From assembly GCA_963783385.1 (NCBI GenBank), contig CAWANJ010000002.1, positions 288,001 to 352,000 on the forward strand: 64,000 bases of DNA, read 5' to 3'. How positions within the stretch are numbered: the stretch's first letter is position 1; every line of letters begins with the position of its first letter. Shown in pieces: positions 50,368 to 60,439 of the stretch. The DNA comes from an uncultured Gemmatimonadales bacterium. Lineage in GTDB: Bacteria; Gemmatimonadota; Gemmatimonadetes; Palauibacterales; Palauibacteraceae. Position numbers and translations under genes: made by a program. Below the pieces are notes generated by a model that saw only the letters and a list, made by a program, of their open reading frames with translations, was not told the DNA's origin and ran no database searches.

Positions 50368-51906
50368 TCAACGGAGGCCGAAGGAGGTCACCAGGGACTC
50401 CCCGTTCCTGTACAGCCACACGCGCACGAAGCCACGCTGCGTGGCCGCCTTGAACAGCTGGGCGGCGTCGTCGGCCGTCTTCACCTCGCGGCGGTCGATC
50501 GCCACGATCACGTCACCCTCCTGCATGAGCGTGGAGCCGGCCACGTCCGAGCTCACGTCGACGATGAGGGCGCCCTGGTCCACGCTGAGGTGCCGTTCCA
50601 CGGCGATCTGGGGCGTGACCGTGACCAGCTGCAGGCCGCGCAGGACCTCGACCCGCTGCGCCTCCTCCGAGGGGAGCTCCTTCACACCGAGCTCGACCTC
50701 GCTCTGCTTGCCGTCGCGGAGGTAACGGAGCCTGGCCGTCGATCCCACGCCCACGTCCAGGAGCGCCACCTCCCAGTCGAGCGGTCCCCGGACCCGGTCG
50801 CCGTCCAGGGTGAGGATCACGTCGCCCTTCCGGATCCCGGCGCTGGCGGCCGGGGAGCCGGGCGCCACGCGCCGGACCACCGTGCGGGCCACGAGGCTGT
50901 CGGAGGTCACGGTGGCCACGTCCAGGCCGACGTACGGCCGGCGAATGCGCCCGAACTTCCGGAGCTCGTCCGCGATCCGTAGGGCCCGGTCGATCGGGAT
51001 CGCGAAGCCGAGGCCTTCCGATCCGCCCGACTTGGAGAGGATGAAGGAGTTCACGCCCACCACCCGTCCATCCGCGTTGACCAGGGGCCCGCCGCTGTTG
51101 CCCGGATTGATGGCCGCGTCGGTCTGGATCATGTCCGCGTAAAGGACCTCCCGATCCCCGTTTCCCCGGTAGTCCCGGTTGACCCCGGACACCACGCCGG
51201 TGGTCACCGTGGCCTCCGTGTTGGAGAGGTAGAAGCCGAACGGGTTCCCGATCGCGATGGCGGGCTCGCCGACCATGAGGTCCGAGGAGCTCCCGAGCGG
51301 GGCGGGGGGCACGCGGCCCGCCGGGACCTTGAGGAGGGCCACGTCGGTGAGGCCGTCCGCGCCCACGAGGTGGGCCGTGTATCGGTGACCCGAGGCGTCG
51401 ACCACCACGATGCGGCTGGCGTTCTCGACCACGTGCGCGTTGGTGAGGATGTAGCCCTGGTCGTCGATGGCGAAGCCGGAGCCGAGGCCGCGCACCTGGC
51501 GCTGCGCCCCGAACGGGACGAAGCCGAAGGGTCCCTGGCTCCGGGTCGTCTCGGTGGAGACGACGTTGACGCTGACGACGGAGGGCATGACGCGCCGCAC
51601 CGCGGTCACGGTCGGGGTGTGGCGCGGGTCGGACGAGGCCACCGTGTCGGAGGGCTCCGCGGCGCGGGCGCGCCGGGCGAACGAGCTCCCGAACGCGGGG
51701 GCGTCGCCGGCGCCCGCCTCCGCGCCACCCGTGCTGGCGTCCCGGGCCGCGGCCGGATCGGCGGTGGCGGTCGTCATCCGGTCGGCCGGCGCGTCCGGCG
51801 ACCCCGCCCCGCCCGCGCTCCGCAGCAGCGTGCCGAGGCCGAGGCCGCCCGCGAACAGCAGGGCCGCCGCGCCGGCCAGGGCCAGGATCCGGTTCCGTGC
51901 CTTCAA
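50368..51906 (-). CDS. HtrA/DegP-like serine protease with two PDZ domains
   Basis: GSGF, LTNAHVV, DVALL, AIGNPFG and QTDAAINPGNSGGPL. Confidence 0.92.
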   Translation of the reverse strand: MKARNRILALAGAAALLFAGGLGLGTLLRSAGGAGSPDAPADRMTTATADPAAARDASTGGAEAGAGDAPAFGSSFARRARAAEPSDTVASSDPRHTPTVTAVRRVMPSVVSVNVVSTETTRSQGPFGFVPFGAQRQVRGLGSGFAIDDQGYILTNAHVVENASRIVVVDASGHRYTAHLVGADGLTDVALLKVPAGRVPPAPLGSSSDLMVGEPAIAIGNPFGFYLSNTEATVTTGVVSGVNRDYRGNGDREVLYADMIQTDAAINPGNSGGPLVNADGRVVGVNSFILSKSGGSEGLGFAIPIDRALRIADELRKFGRIRRPYVGLDVATVTSDSLVARTVVRRVAPGSPAASAGIRKGDVILTLDGDRVRGPLDWEVALLDVGVGSTARLRYLRDGKQSEVELGVKELPSEEAQRVEVLRGLQLVTVTPQIAVERHLSVDQGALIVDVSSDVAGSTLMQEGDVIVAIDRREVKTADDAAQLFKAATQRGFVRVWLYRNGESLVTSFGLR

Positions 51907-51916
51907 CGCGTCTCCC

Positions 51917-52742
51917 TCACTCGGGCTCTCCGGGCTCGTCGACGGCCGTGAGGCCGGGAACGCCCGGGCCCCGGTTCCAGGCCGTCCCGTACCGCACCCC
52001 CGTCAGGTAGAGACCCTGCGGGGGCGCCGGCGCCGGGGGGCGCGCGTCCCGTCGTTCCGGTCAGGAGACCCTCCAGCTCGTCCGGACCGCGCCGCCCGGT
52101 CGCGATCTCCACCTGCGTGTGCACGAGGTATCGTACCATGTGATGGAGGAAGCGGTTCGCCACGATGAGGAACCGGAGGTCGCCGAGGGTCGTCCTCGAC
52201 CAGCCGGCGGCCTCGACGATGCAGGTCGTGCCTCGCTCCTCCTGGCCGGACTTGGCGAACGCCTCGAAGGAATGGCGCCCGAGCAGAGTCGCCGCCGCGG
52301 CGGCGAGACGATCCGGCTGCGGGGCCGGATCCACGCGCCACACACGCCCGGCGCGCAGGGGGGAGGCCGATCCCGGCCCGATGGCCAGGAAGTACTCGTA
52401 ACGGCGGGCGCTCGCGTCGTAACGGGGATGAAATTCTCGCGACGTCTCGGTAAGTTTCTCGATCCAGATCTCGTCCGGCACGACCGCGTTGAGGGCCCGC
52501 CGCAGGTCCGCCGCCTTCCAGCGCCGGGGCGCGGCGAAGGAGATCTCCTGTCCCGTGGCGTGCACCCCGCGGTCGGTGCGGCCGGCCGCCAGCGTGCCTG
52601 CGGGCGCGTCGAACAACCGGGACAGGGCGTCCTCGATATCGCCCTGCACGGTGCGTCGCCTCGGCTGGACCTGCCAGCCGTGGAAGGCAGCGCCGTCGAA
52701 GTGCACGGTGGCGCGGAACCAGGTGCGGGTCCGTTCCTGCAC
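51917..52742 (-). CDS. truA: tRNA pseudouridine(38-40) synthase, apparent +1 indel at ~52035
   Basis: FHGWQVQ, AGRTDRGVHA, FHPRY and FLHHMVR. The conserved APPQGLYLTGVRY appears in the shifted frame, which ends at TGA 51917. Confidence 0.92.
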
Positions 52743-52778
52743 GGCGCCAAGCTACCCGGCGCCGTCGCGGGGTGTCAA
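52743..52778 (-). promoter_or_regulatory. Probable leaderless promoter of the truA operon
   Basis: TTGACA-N18-TAGCTT-N6-GTG, with no SD. Confidence 0.65.
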
Positions 52779-52861
52779 GCTGGAACCGGCGGCGGCGGAA
52801 CGGGTTTCCAGCGGAGTCGAGGGTGGACGAGCCGGTCGCTCGGGCGGAGGTGCGTGGAGGC

Positions 52862-53881
52862 GTGACGGGCAGCATGCGGGAACTGGCGGCGGGAGGGGCC
52901 CTGTCGGCCGCCGAGGCCGAGCGGGCCTTCGGCCGCATCGTGCGGGGCGAGGCCGACCCGGAGGACACGGCGGCGCTCCTTCTGGCCATGCGGGAGCGGG
53001 GCGAGACCCCGGCCGAGGTGGCGGGGGGCGTGCGCGCCCTGCGCAGCGCGATGGTGGAGGTGGCGCTCCCGGCGGATGGCCTGGTGGACACGTGTGGGAC
53101 CGGCGGAGGGCGGTTCACGACCTTCAACATCTCCACCGTGGCCGCCCTGGTGGCGGCGGGCGGCGGCGTGCCGGTGGCCAAGCACGGGAACCGCTCCTTC
53201 ACCTCGCGGTGCGGGAGCGCGGACGTGCTGGAGATTCTGGGCGTGGCCATCGACCTTCCGGTGGAAGCGCTGGTCGAGGTGTTCGAGGCCACCGGCTTCT
53301 GCTTCATGTTCGCGCCGCGCTTCCATCCCGCCATGCGTCACGTGGCGCCGGTCCGCAGGAAGCTCGGGGTGACGACGATCATGAACCTCCTGGGCCCCCT
53401 GACCAGTCCGGCCCGCGTGCGTCGGCAGGTGGTGGGCGTTTCGGACCCCGACCGGCTCGAGCTCATCGCCGGAGCCCTGCTGGAGCTGGACCACGAGCGG
53501 GCGCTCGTCGTCCACGGCGACCCGGGCATGGACGAGCTCAGCCCGATCGGGGTCACGCGGGGGATGCGGCTGGACCGCGGGCACCTGGAGCCGTTCGAGC
53601 TGGACCCACGGGCGCTCGGCTGGGAGGCCCTGTCGCGCGACGACCTGGGGGGCGGCTCGCCCGAGCGCAACGCCGCGCTCGCGGTCGGCATACTGGACGG
53701 CTCGATCCGGGGGGTGGCCAGGGCGGCGGTCGTGCTCAACGCCGCGGCCGCCTTCTGGGCGGCGGGGCGCGCGGACAGCCTGGAGGAGGGCGTGGACCGG
53801 GCGAGGGCCTCGCTGGAAGAGGGACGGGCCTTCGGGGTCCTCGAGCGCCTGCGCTCGCTCACCGCCGAGCGGGCCGGCTGA
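52862..53881 (+). CDS. trpD: Anthranilate phosphoribosyltransferase
   Basis: DTCGTGG, FNIST, KHGNRS, GSADVLE, NLLGPL and GMDE. Confidence 0.95.
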   Translation: MTGSMRELAAGGALSAAEAERAFGRIVRGEADPEDTAALLLAMRERGETPAEVAGGVRALRSAMVEVALPADGLVDTCGTGGGRFTTFNISTVAALVAAGGGVPVAKHGNRSFTSRCGSADVLEILGVAIDLPVEALVEVFEATGFCFMFAPRFHPAMRHVAPVRRKLGVTTIMNLLGPLTSPARVRRQVVGVSDPDRLELIAGALLELDHERALVVHGDPGMDELSPIGVTRGMRLDRGHLEPFELDPRALGWEALSRDDLGGGSPERNAALAVGILDGSIRGVARAAVVLNAAAAFWAAGRADSLEEGVDRARASLEEGRAFGVLERLRSLTAERAG

Positions 53882-53922
53882 TCGGCGGCGCACGCCGCAC
53901 CGGACCACCCCGCCGGCCAGGG

Positions 53923-54534
53923 TCAGTACTTCCGGATCACCCCGACGACAATGCCACGGATCCGGATCCGGTCCGCGTCGAACAGGAGCGCGTCGAGGGC
54001 CGGATTGGCCGGCTGCAGGCGCACCCGGCCGTCCGTCTCGTGGTAGAACTTCTTCATGGTGGTGTTCTCCCCGTCCACCAGCGCGATCACCATCTCGCCC
54101 TCGTGCGCCGTCTCGCGGGACTGGACGATCACGTAATCCCCGCTGCGGATCTGCTCGTCGATCATGGAGTCTCCGCGTACGCGCAGCACGAAATGCTCGC
54201 GGCGGGAGCCCGCCACCATGTCCTCGGGGACGGTCAGCGTCTCGGTGTCCTCGATGGCCTCGATCGGCTCACCGGCGGCCACCAGCCCGAGCAGGGGGAG
54301 GTCGGTCGTTCCCGATCCGTTCGCGCGACGGGCGAGCTCGATGGAGCGGCTCTCGTTGTAGCTCTTCCGGATGTAGCCCTTGTCCTGGAGGTTGCAGAGG
54401 TGCTCGTGCACCGTGGCCAGGGACCGGTAGCCGAAGTGGTCGGCGATCTCCTCGAAGCTGGGAGAATAGCCGTTGCTGTCGAGGAAGGTCTCGACAAAGT
54501 CGAGGATCTCCTTCTGTCGCCTGGTGAGGGCCAT
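53923..54534 (-). CDS. lexA: SOS repressor LexA
   Basis: MALTRRQKEIL, PSFEEIA...SLATVHEHL, Ala-Gly cleavage site VAAGEP, catalytic Ser in VRGDSM and Lys in TMKK. Confidence 0.95.
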   Translation of the reverse strand: MALTRRQKEILDFVETFLDSNGYSPSFEEIADHFGYRSLATVHEHLCNLQDKGYIRKSYNESRSIELARRANGSGTTDLPLLGLVAAGEPIEAIEDTETLTVPEDMVAGSRREHFVLRVRGDSMIDEQIRSGDYVIVQSRETAHEGEMVIALVDGENTTMKKFYHETDGRVRLQPANPALDALLFDADRIRIRGIVVGVIRKY

Positions 54535-54602
54535 CGGCTCCGTCCCCGTGGTGTGCCGGTCGCGTCTCGACGCCCCCGGACCGCGGCGCTGCTCACCGGG
54601 TA

Positions 54603-54644
54603 CCGAAGGGAAACCGAAAGCAAGGTACCCGAACAGGCCCCGAA
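54603..54644. promoter_or_regulatory. Two tandem CCGAA-N6-CCGAA direct-repeat boxes, candidate LexA operators
   Basis: CCGAA at 54603, 54614, 54629 and 54640 (two pairs with 11-bp period), about 70-110 bp upstream of lexA. Confidence 0.6.
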
Positions 54645-54794
54645 ACGCAAGCACGCGCGTGACGGCGCGGGCCTTGCGCGTCCCAATGCGCCGAGGACGG
54701 CAGACCGAGAGGGCGCGCTCGCGGCTTCGCCGCGGCGGTCCATGGACCGCGGCCGCGCGCCGGCAGCCTGGACACCACACGGGAGGAGATCGCG

Positions 54795-55628
54795 TTGCTT
54801 CTGGATGAGATCGTCGCCACGAAGGCGGAAGAGGCCTCGGCACTGCGTCGCTGGGAGGACCACCTCGAGGGCCGGGCGGAGTCGGCCTCGGCGCCCCGGG
54901 ACCTGGAGGCCAGCCTGAGGATGGGAGCCGACGCCAATGCGGTCGCCGTGATCGCCGAGTTCAAGCGGCGCTCCCCCTCCGCCGAGGAGCTCGCCCCGGA
55001 CGCCGATCCCGAGGTGGTGGCGCGGAGCTACGAGGAAGGCGGGGCGGCGGCCGTCTCGGTCCTGACCGACGGTCCCCACTTCGGGGGGTCCCTTTCCGAC
55101 ATCGAGAAGGTGCGGGCCGCCTGCTCGCTGCCCGTGCTGCGCAAGGACTTTCTCCTCGATCCCATCCAGGTCCTCGAGGCCAGGGCGGCCGGCGCGGACG
55201 CGGTCCTGCTCATCGTCCGCATCCTCGACGACGCCCGACTGCGCGACCTCCTGTCGACCGTCCAGGCGCACGGCATGACCCCCCTGGTCGAGGTCCACGA
55301 CGACGAGGAGCTGGAGCGTGCCCTCAGGGCCGATGCCCGGATCATCGGGGTCAACGCCCGTGACCTGGCCACCCTGGAGGTCGACCTCGACGGAGCCCGG
55401 GCGCTCCTGTCCCGCGTACCCCCGGAACGGATCGCGGTGGCTGAGAGCGGGGTCACGGGAGTCGAAGACGTGGCCGAGCTCGGCGCCGCCGGAGCGGACG
55501 CCGTCCTCGTCGGCACCTGGCTCATGCGCTCCGGAGCGTCGCGCGTCTCCGAGCTCACGGGTCAGCCGCGCTCGGGGCGGGGTCGGCGGAGCGGGTCCGG
55601 CCTCGCGGCCGAGCCGAGCGGCGGCTGA
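54795..55628 (+). CDS. trpC: Indole-3-glycerol phosphate synthase
   Basis: [35 protein letters not shown] and AESG. Confidence 0.95.
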   Translation: MLLDEIVATKAEEASALRRWEDHLEGRAESASAPRDLEASLRMGADANAVAVIAEFKRRSPSAEELAPDADPEVVARSYEEGGAAAVSVLTDGPHFGGSLSDIEKVRAACSLPVLRKDFLLDPIQVLEARAAGADAVLLIVRILDDARLRDLLSTVQAHGMTPLVEVHDDEELERALRADARIIGVNARDLATLEVDLDGARALLSRVPPERIAVAESGVTGVEDVAELGAAGADAVLVGTWLMRSGASRVSELTGQPRSGRGRRSGSGLAAEPSGG

Positions 55629-55648
55629 GCCGCGTCCGCGGCGGGCGC

Positions 55649-56350
55649 GTGGACGGGCCCACGGGGACTCCCCGGGTCAAGATCTGCGGCCTCACGCGGG
55701 TGGAGGACGTCCGTGCCGCGGCGGCGGCCGGAGCGGACTACGTGGGCTTCGTGCTGGCCGGGGGGCCGCGTCACGTGGAGCCGTTCCGAGCCCGGGAGCT
55801 CCGCGAGGCGGGTCGGGAGGCCGCCGGCCGCGGCGGCGGGCCGGAGCCCGTGGCGGTCCTGGTGGACGCCGCGGTGGCGGAAGCGTGCGAGGCCGCCGCG
55901 GCGGCGGGCGCGGGGATCGTCCAGCTCCACGGGTCCGAGACGCCCGAAGCCTGCGCCGCCCTCCGGGAGGCGGGCCTGGTGGTGTGGAAGGCTCTCCGTC
56001 CACGCTCGCTCGAGCGGCTCCGCGACCTGGTCGCCCGGTACGGCGGCTGCGTCGACGCGCTCCACGTGGAGGGCTGGTCGCTGCGCGCGGCCGGCGGCAC
56101 GGGGACGGGGTTCCCGTGGACGTGGATCGGGGTCCTGCGCGAGGAGGGCGTCCTGTCGGGTCCCGGCGCCTCCGGACCGCCGGTCCTCGTCCTCGCCGGC
56201 GGACTCACTCCCGACAACGTCGCCGAAGCCATCCGGCACGTACGGCCCGACGCGGTGGACGTGTCGAGCGGCGTGGAGATCCGGCCGGGCGTCAAGGACC
56301 CGGCCCGGGTCCGGTCGTTCGTCGAGCGTTCGCGGAACGCGCTAGGTTGA
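55649..56350 (+). CDS. trpF: Phosphoribosylanthranilate isomerase
   Basis: [28 protein letters not shown] and VDVSSGVE...GVKD. Confidence 0.93.
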   Translation: MDGPTGTPRVKICGLTRVEDVRAAAAAGADYVGFVLAGGPRHVEPFRARELREAGREAAGRGGGPEPVAVLVDAAVAEACEAAAAAGAGIVQLHGSETPEACAALREAGLVVWKALRPRSLERLRDLVARYGGCVDALHVEGWSLRAAGGTGTGFPWTWIGVLREEGVLSGPGASGPPVLVLAGGLTPDNVAEAIRHVRPDAVDVSSGVEIRPGVKDPARVRSFVERSRNALG

Positions 56351-56381
56351 GGCCGAAATCCCGCACCAGGAGAGAGCCGAC

Positions 56382-57593
56382 GTGACGACGACAGGAGGCG
56401 CCCCCGCCTCCGGGACCGGGGCGGGGCGCTTCGGCCGCTTCGGCGGCCGGTACGTGCCCGAGACACTCGTTCCCGCGCTCGAGGAGCTGGAGGCCGCCTA
56501 CGCGGAGGCCGCGGCGGATCCGGAGTTCCTCGGGAGGCTCGCGGAGCTGCTGGCCGACTACGTCGGCCGGCCGAGCCCGGTCTACCGGGCCGACCGGCTG
56601 GGCGGGGCGCTGGGCGGCGTGCGCGTGTGGCTCAAGCGCGAGGACCTGAATCACACGGGCGCCCACAAGATCAACAACACGCTGGGCCAGGCGCTCGTGG
56701 CGCTCCGCATGGCCAAACGGCGCATCATCGCCGAGACGGGAGCCGGGCAGCACGGCGTGGCCACGGCGACGGCGTGCGCCCTGTTCGGCCTGGAGTGCGT
56801 GGTGTACATGGGCCGGGAGGACATGCGCCGGCAAGCGCTCAACGTGGAGCGCATGCGGCTCCTCGGGGCCGAGATCCGGCCGGTGGACTCGGGCCGCGGG
56901 ACCCTCAAGGACGCCACCAACGAGGCCATCCGGGACTGGGTCGAGAACGTCCGTGACACGCACTACATCATCGGATCGGTGGTGGGCCCCGACCCGTATC
57001 CGCGCATGGTGCGCGACTTCCAGCGCGTCATCGGGGACGAGGCGCGCCGGCAGCTCGCCGACCGGGATGTCCGTCCGGCCGCCGCCTTCGCCTGCGTGGG
57101 GGGCGGCTCCAACGCCATCGGCCTGTTCACGGCCTTCCTCGGCGACGAGGAGGTCGAGCTGGTCGGCGTCGAGGCGGCCGGCGAGGGGCTGGAGACCGGC
57201 CGCCACGCGGCGTCGCTGGCGGCCGGATCGCCGGGCGTCCTGCACGGCTCGCTCAGCTACCTGCTGCAGGACGAGGGAGGGCAGGTCGTGCCGGCGCACT
57301 CGGTGTCGGCGGGGCTGGACTATCCCGGGGTCGGGCCGGAGCACGCGTGGCTGCGGGACACGGGACGGGTGCGCTACGAGACGGCCACGGACGCGGAGGC
57401 GCTGGCGGCCTTCCGGGACCTCACCCGCCTGGAAGGCATCATCCCGGCCCTCGAGAGCGCGCACGCCCTCGCCGGGCTCCGGTCCGAGGCGGAGCGTTGG
57501 CGGGGGCGCGACGTGCTGGTGTGCCTGTCGGGGCGCGGCGACAAGGACGTCGTCGAGGTAGGGCGCCTCCTCGCGGAAGGTGGCTACGCGTGA
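56382..57593 (+). CDS. trpB: Tryptophan synthase beta chain
   Basis: [45 protein letters not shown] and LSGRGDKD. Confidence 0.97.
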   Translation: MTTTGGAPASGTGAGRFGRFGGRYVPETLVPALEELEAAYAEAAADPEFLGRLAELLADYVGRPSPVYRADRLGGALGGVRVWLKREDLNHTGAHKINNTLGQALVALRMAKRRIIAETGAGQHGVATATACALFGLECVVYMGREDMRRQALNVERMRLLGAEIRPVDSGRGTLKDATNEAIRDWVENVRDTHYIIGSVVGPDPYPRMVRDFQRVIGDEARRQLADRDVRPAAAFACVGGGSNAIGLFTAFLGDEEVELVGVEAAGEGLETGRHAASLAAGSPGVLHGSLSYLLQDEGGQVVPAHSVSAGLDYPGVGPEHAWLRDTGRVRYETATDAEALAAFRDLTRLEGIIPALESAHALAGLRSEAERWRGRDVLVCLSGRGDKDVVEVGRLLAEGGYA

Positions 57594-58451
57594 GCGCGGA
57601 CTCCGGACCGACGCCGGTGTCGAGCGGGGCCACGGGCCCGGCGGCCACCGGCGCGGGCGCCCTGGGGGCCGGCCGCCTGGCCGGGGCCTTTCGCGCCCGG
57701 CGGACGGCGGGGGGCGCGGCCTTCATCCCCTACCTCACGTTCGGGTACCCCTCGCCCGAGGACACGCCGCGCCTGCTGCGGCGCCTGGCCGAGGCCGGGG
57801 CGGACGTCATCGAGCTCGGGGTGCCGTTCAGCGACCCGCTCGCCGATGGACCCACCATCCAGCGGGCCAGCTGGCGGGCCCTGGAGCGGGGCGCCACGCT
57901 GGCCGCGGCGCTGGAGCTGGTGGAGCAGGTGGCCGCCGACCTCCCGCCCCTGGTCCTGTTCAGCTACCTGAACCCGATCCTCCACGCCGGCGTCGACGCG
58001 TTCCGCGAGCGGGCCGCGGCGGCCGGCGTGGCGGGGGTCCTGGTGACCGACCTGCCGGTGGGGTCCGATCCGGAGCTGGAGGCGCGCCTGGCCGCGGCGG
58101 GTCCCGACCTCATCCGGCTGGTGGCGCCGACCACCAGCGAGGCGCGCATCCGGGGCATCGCCGGGACGGCCTCGGGCTTCCTGTACTACGTGTCGCGCAC
58201 CGGCGTCACGGGCGCGCGAGCCAGCCTCACCGACACGCTGGCCGAGGAGGTCGGCCGGCTGCGCGGCGCTCGTGGACCTGCCGGTGGCCGTCGGGTTCGG
58301 GATCTCCCGGCCCGAGCAGGCCGCGCTGGTGGGCCGCCTCGCGGACGGGGTGGTGGTGGGAAGCGCGCTCATCGACGCGCTCGGCCGCGACGAGGAGGCG
58401 TTCGCCGAGCTGGCCGCCGCGCTTGCGGAGGCGGCGCACGGGGCGTCCTGA
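57590..58451 (+). CDS. trpA: Tryptophan synthase alpha chain, apparent +1 indel at ~58265
   Basis: [21 protein letters not shown] and SRTGVTG, then [13 protein letters not shown]...ADGVVVGSA in the next frame. Confidence 0.93.
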
Positions 58452-58460
58452 CGCGAGGGC

Positions 58461-60293
58461 CTAGCCGGACGGCTTCAGCCGGTCCAGCAGTGCCTCGCTG
58501 GGCTCGACGAACACGGTCTGCACTCGTTCGGGCACGACGACGCCCGGCGGCGCCTTGCGGGGGCTGCGAACGTACTTCCGCCGCGTCCAGTCGACCCCGA
58601 CCGTGCCGCTGTGCCGCGCCTCGCTGTGCACGGCGGCCGCCACCGCCGCCTCCAGAAGGTCCCGCCGGGGCGGATTCGCGTCCTTCCGGCCCCAGCGCAG
58701 GATGACGTGGGCGCCGGGCACCTGCCGGGCGTGGAGCCAGATGTCCTCGGTGTGGGAGTGGTGGAAGGTGAGCTCGTCGTTCTGCCTCGCGCCGCGGCCC
58801 ACCCGGATCTCGAGCCCGCCCGAGGAGACGTAGCGGCGGTAGGGCAGGCGGGAGCCGTCGCCGTCTCGCTTGCGTCCCGGCTCCTCGGGGCGGCCGCCGG
58901 CCAGCTCCCACAGGGCCTCCGAGGGACCGGACGCGGCCAGGGTTCCGAGGCCGGCGCGTAGCGCCTCGACCCGGGCGCGGGTTTGCCCCAGGACGTCGGG
59001 AAGTCGCCGGGCGGCGCGCTCGCGGCGCGCGGCGAGCGCGTAGAGCCGTTCCGCGTTCTCGGCGGCCGACAGCTTCGGGTCGAGCTCGATCTCCCGGGGC
59101 TCTCCCTCGAAACCCTCGAGCGCTATCCGGCCCGCCCCGCGACGGATCTGCGGAAGCCGCGCCAGGATCAGGTTCGCGTCCTCCCGGAGCCGCTCGGCGT
59201 CGGCCCCCTCCTCGATCTCCCGCTCCAGGGCGGCGGCGCGGCGCTCGGCGCGCTCGGTGGCGGCCAGGAGGGCGGCCTCGAGCCGCAGCACCTCGGGGTC
59301 GGTCGCGGGCGCCGCCTCCTCCCGGCCCCCCGGCCCGCTCTCCTCCGCCGCGGGCCCGGGTCCGCCGGCGGTCGGGGGCGCCCATCGACCGGCGGCCGCG
59401 GCCCGGGCGAAGGCCGCGAGCAGGGAGTCGGCCCTCTCCGCGTCGGGGCGTCCCAGCCGGACGGGGTAGGGCTGGGAGGCGCCATCGCCCGGGAGGAGCC
59501 AGGCGGCGGGCCCCTCGGGCGGGGCCGGAGCGCCGGGAACGGCCGCCAGGCCCAGGAGCGACAGGTAGCGCCCCCGGGCTGCCTGCAGGTCGACGGTGGC
59601 CGCTTCCCCGAGGATCCACGGGGCGGTCAGCCCGCTCGTCCAGGCCGCCTCGCGCAGCAGCACCCCGGCGCGCCGTCCCGGCTCTACGTCGGCGAGGAGC
59701 GTCCGCCACGCGTCCTCGTCGGGCGCGGCATCCCGCCACCGGCGGGGACCGCCGGGGAAGGACGGCGGCCGGTAGGGACGGCCGCCGCGCAGGTCCCGGC
59801 CACCGGCCTCGCGCGGCCACAGCGCCGCCCTGATCCGCCAGCGGCCCGCCTCCTTCGTGCCGTCGGCCCCGGTCTCCTCGGCCACCAGCAGGTTCCACTG
59901 GTTGGTGAGGAGCTCGGCCACCAGGCGGCCGCGGCGTCCGCCGCCCTCGAGCTCGAGGACCAGGAGACGCTCGTCGGGCGGAGACCACGCTCCGGTCACC
60001 CGGCTCCCGTGCAGCTCCACTGCGGTCACCTCCGAGAGGGCCGCCCGGGGGTCCGCTCCCGCCGGGCCCCTCTCGGCGAGCGCCAGGGCCTCCAGCGAGC
60101 CCGGCTCGGCCTCCAGGATGAACCCCGCCTCGGGATGCAGGAGGAAGAGGAGGGACGGCCCCTCCTCGAGGCGGAGCTCGGCCGCGCGCATCCCGCGGTG
60201 GAGGCGCAGCTCGCGCGCTCTCCGGCCCAGCGTCCGCTCTCCCAGCTCGCGGGCCAGGCGGCGGACGAGCACGGGGTCGTACTGCAGTGGCAC
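58461..60293 (-). CDS. rqcH: NFACT family ribosome quality control factor (RqcH/FbpA-like)
   Basis: N-terminal DERLLVL...LVAELL...NLL, central ENAERLY...R coiled coil, and C-terminal NFACT-R domain (VGRGARQNDELT, WLHARQVPGAHVIL, KYVRSPRKAPPG). Confidence 0.82.
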   Translation of the reverse strand: MPLQYDPVLVRRLARELGERTLGRRARELRLHRGMRAAELRLEEGPSLLFLLHPEAGFILEAEPGSLEALALAERGPAGADPRAALSEVTAVELHGSRVTGAWSPPDERLLVLELEGGGRRGRLVAELLTNQWNLLVAEETGADGTKEAGRWRIRAALWPREAGGRDLRGGRPYRPPSFPGGPRRWRDAAPDEDAWRTLLADVEPGRRAGVLLREAAWTSGLTAPWILGEAATVDLQAARGRYLSLLGLAAVPGAPAPPEGPAAWLLPGDGASQPYPVRLGRPDAERADSLLAAFARAAAAGRWAPPTAGGPGPAAEESGPGGREEAAPATDPEVLRLEAALLAATERAERRAAALEREIEEGADAERLREDANLILARLPQIRRGAGRIALEGFEGEPREIELDPKLSAAENAERLYALAARRERAARRLPDVLGQTRARVEALRAGLGTLAASGPSEALWELAGGRPEEPGRKRDGDGSRLPYRRYVSSGGLEIRVGRGARQNDELTFHHSHTEDIWLHARQVPGAHVILRWGRKDANPPRRDLLEAAVAAAVHSEARHSGTVGVDWTRRKYVRSPRKAPPGVVVPERVQTVFVEPSEALLDRLKPSG

Positions 60294-60314
60294 GGAACGC
60301 GCCTCCTCTCTCGG

Positions 60315-60344
60315 TTGGTACGCCGACAGGCCGGGAATATATTC
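60315..60344 (+). promoter_or_regulatory. Sigma70 promoter for panB with a palindromic -10 (possibly bidirectional)
   Basis: TTGGTA-N17-TATATT, inside the palindrome GAATATATTC. Confidence 0.55.
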
Positions 60345-60439
60345 AGGCCGCCCGGTCGTGCGCGCACGCCGGGGGTCCGGGTGGAGGCGGTCGCCCGCGA
60401 CCGTTCGGGCCGAACGGAAGGCGGGGGAGGTCGAAGGTG

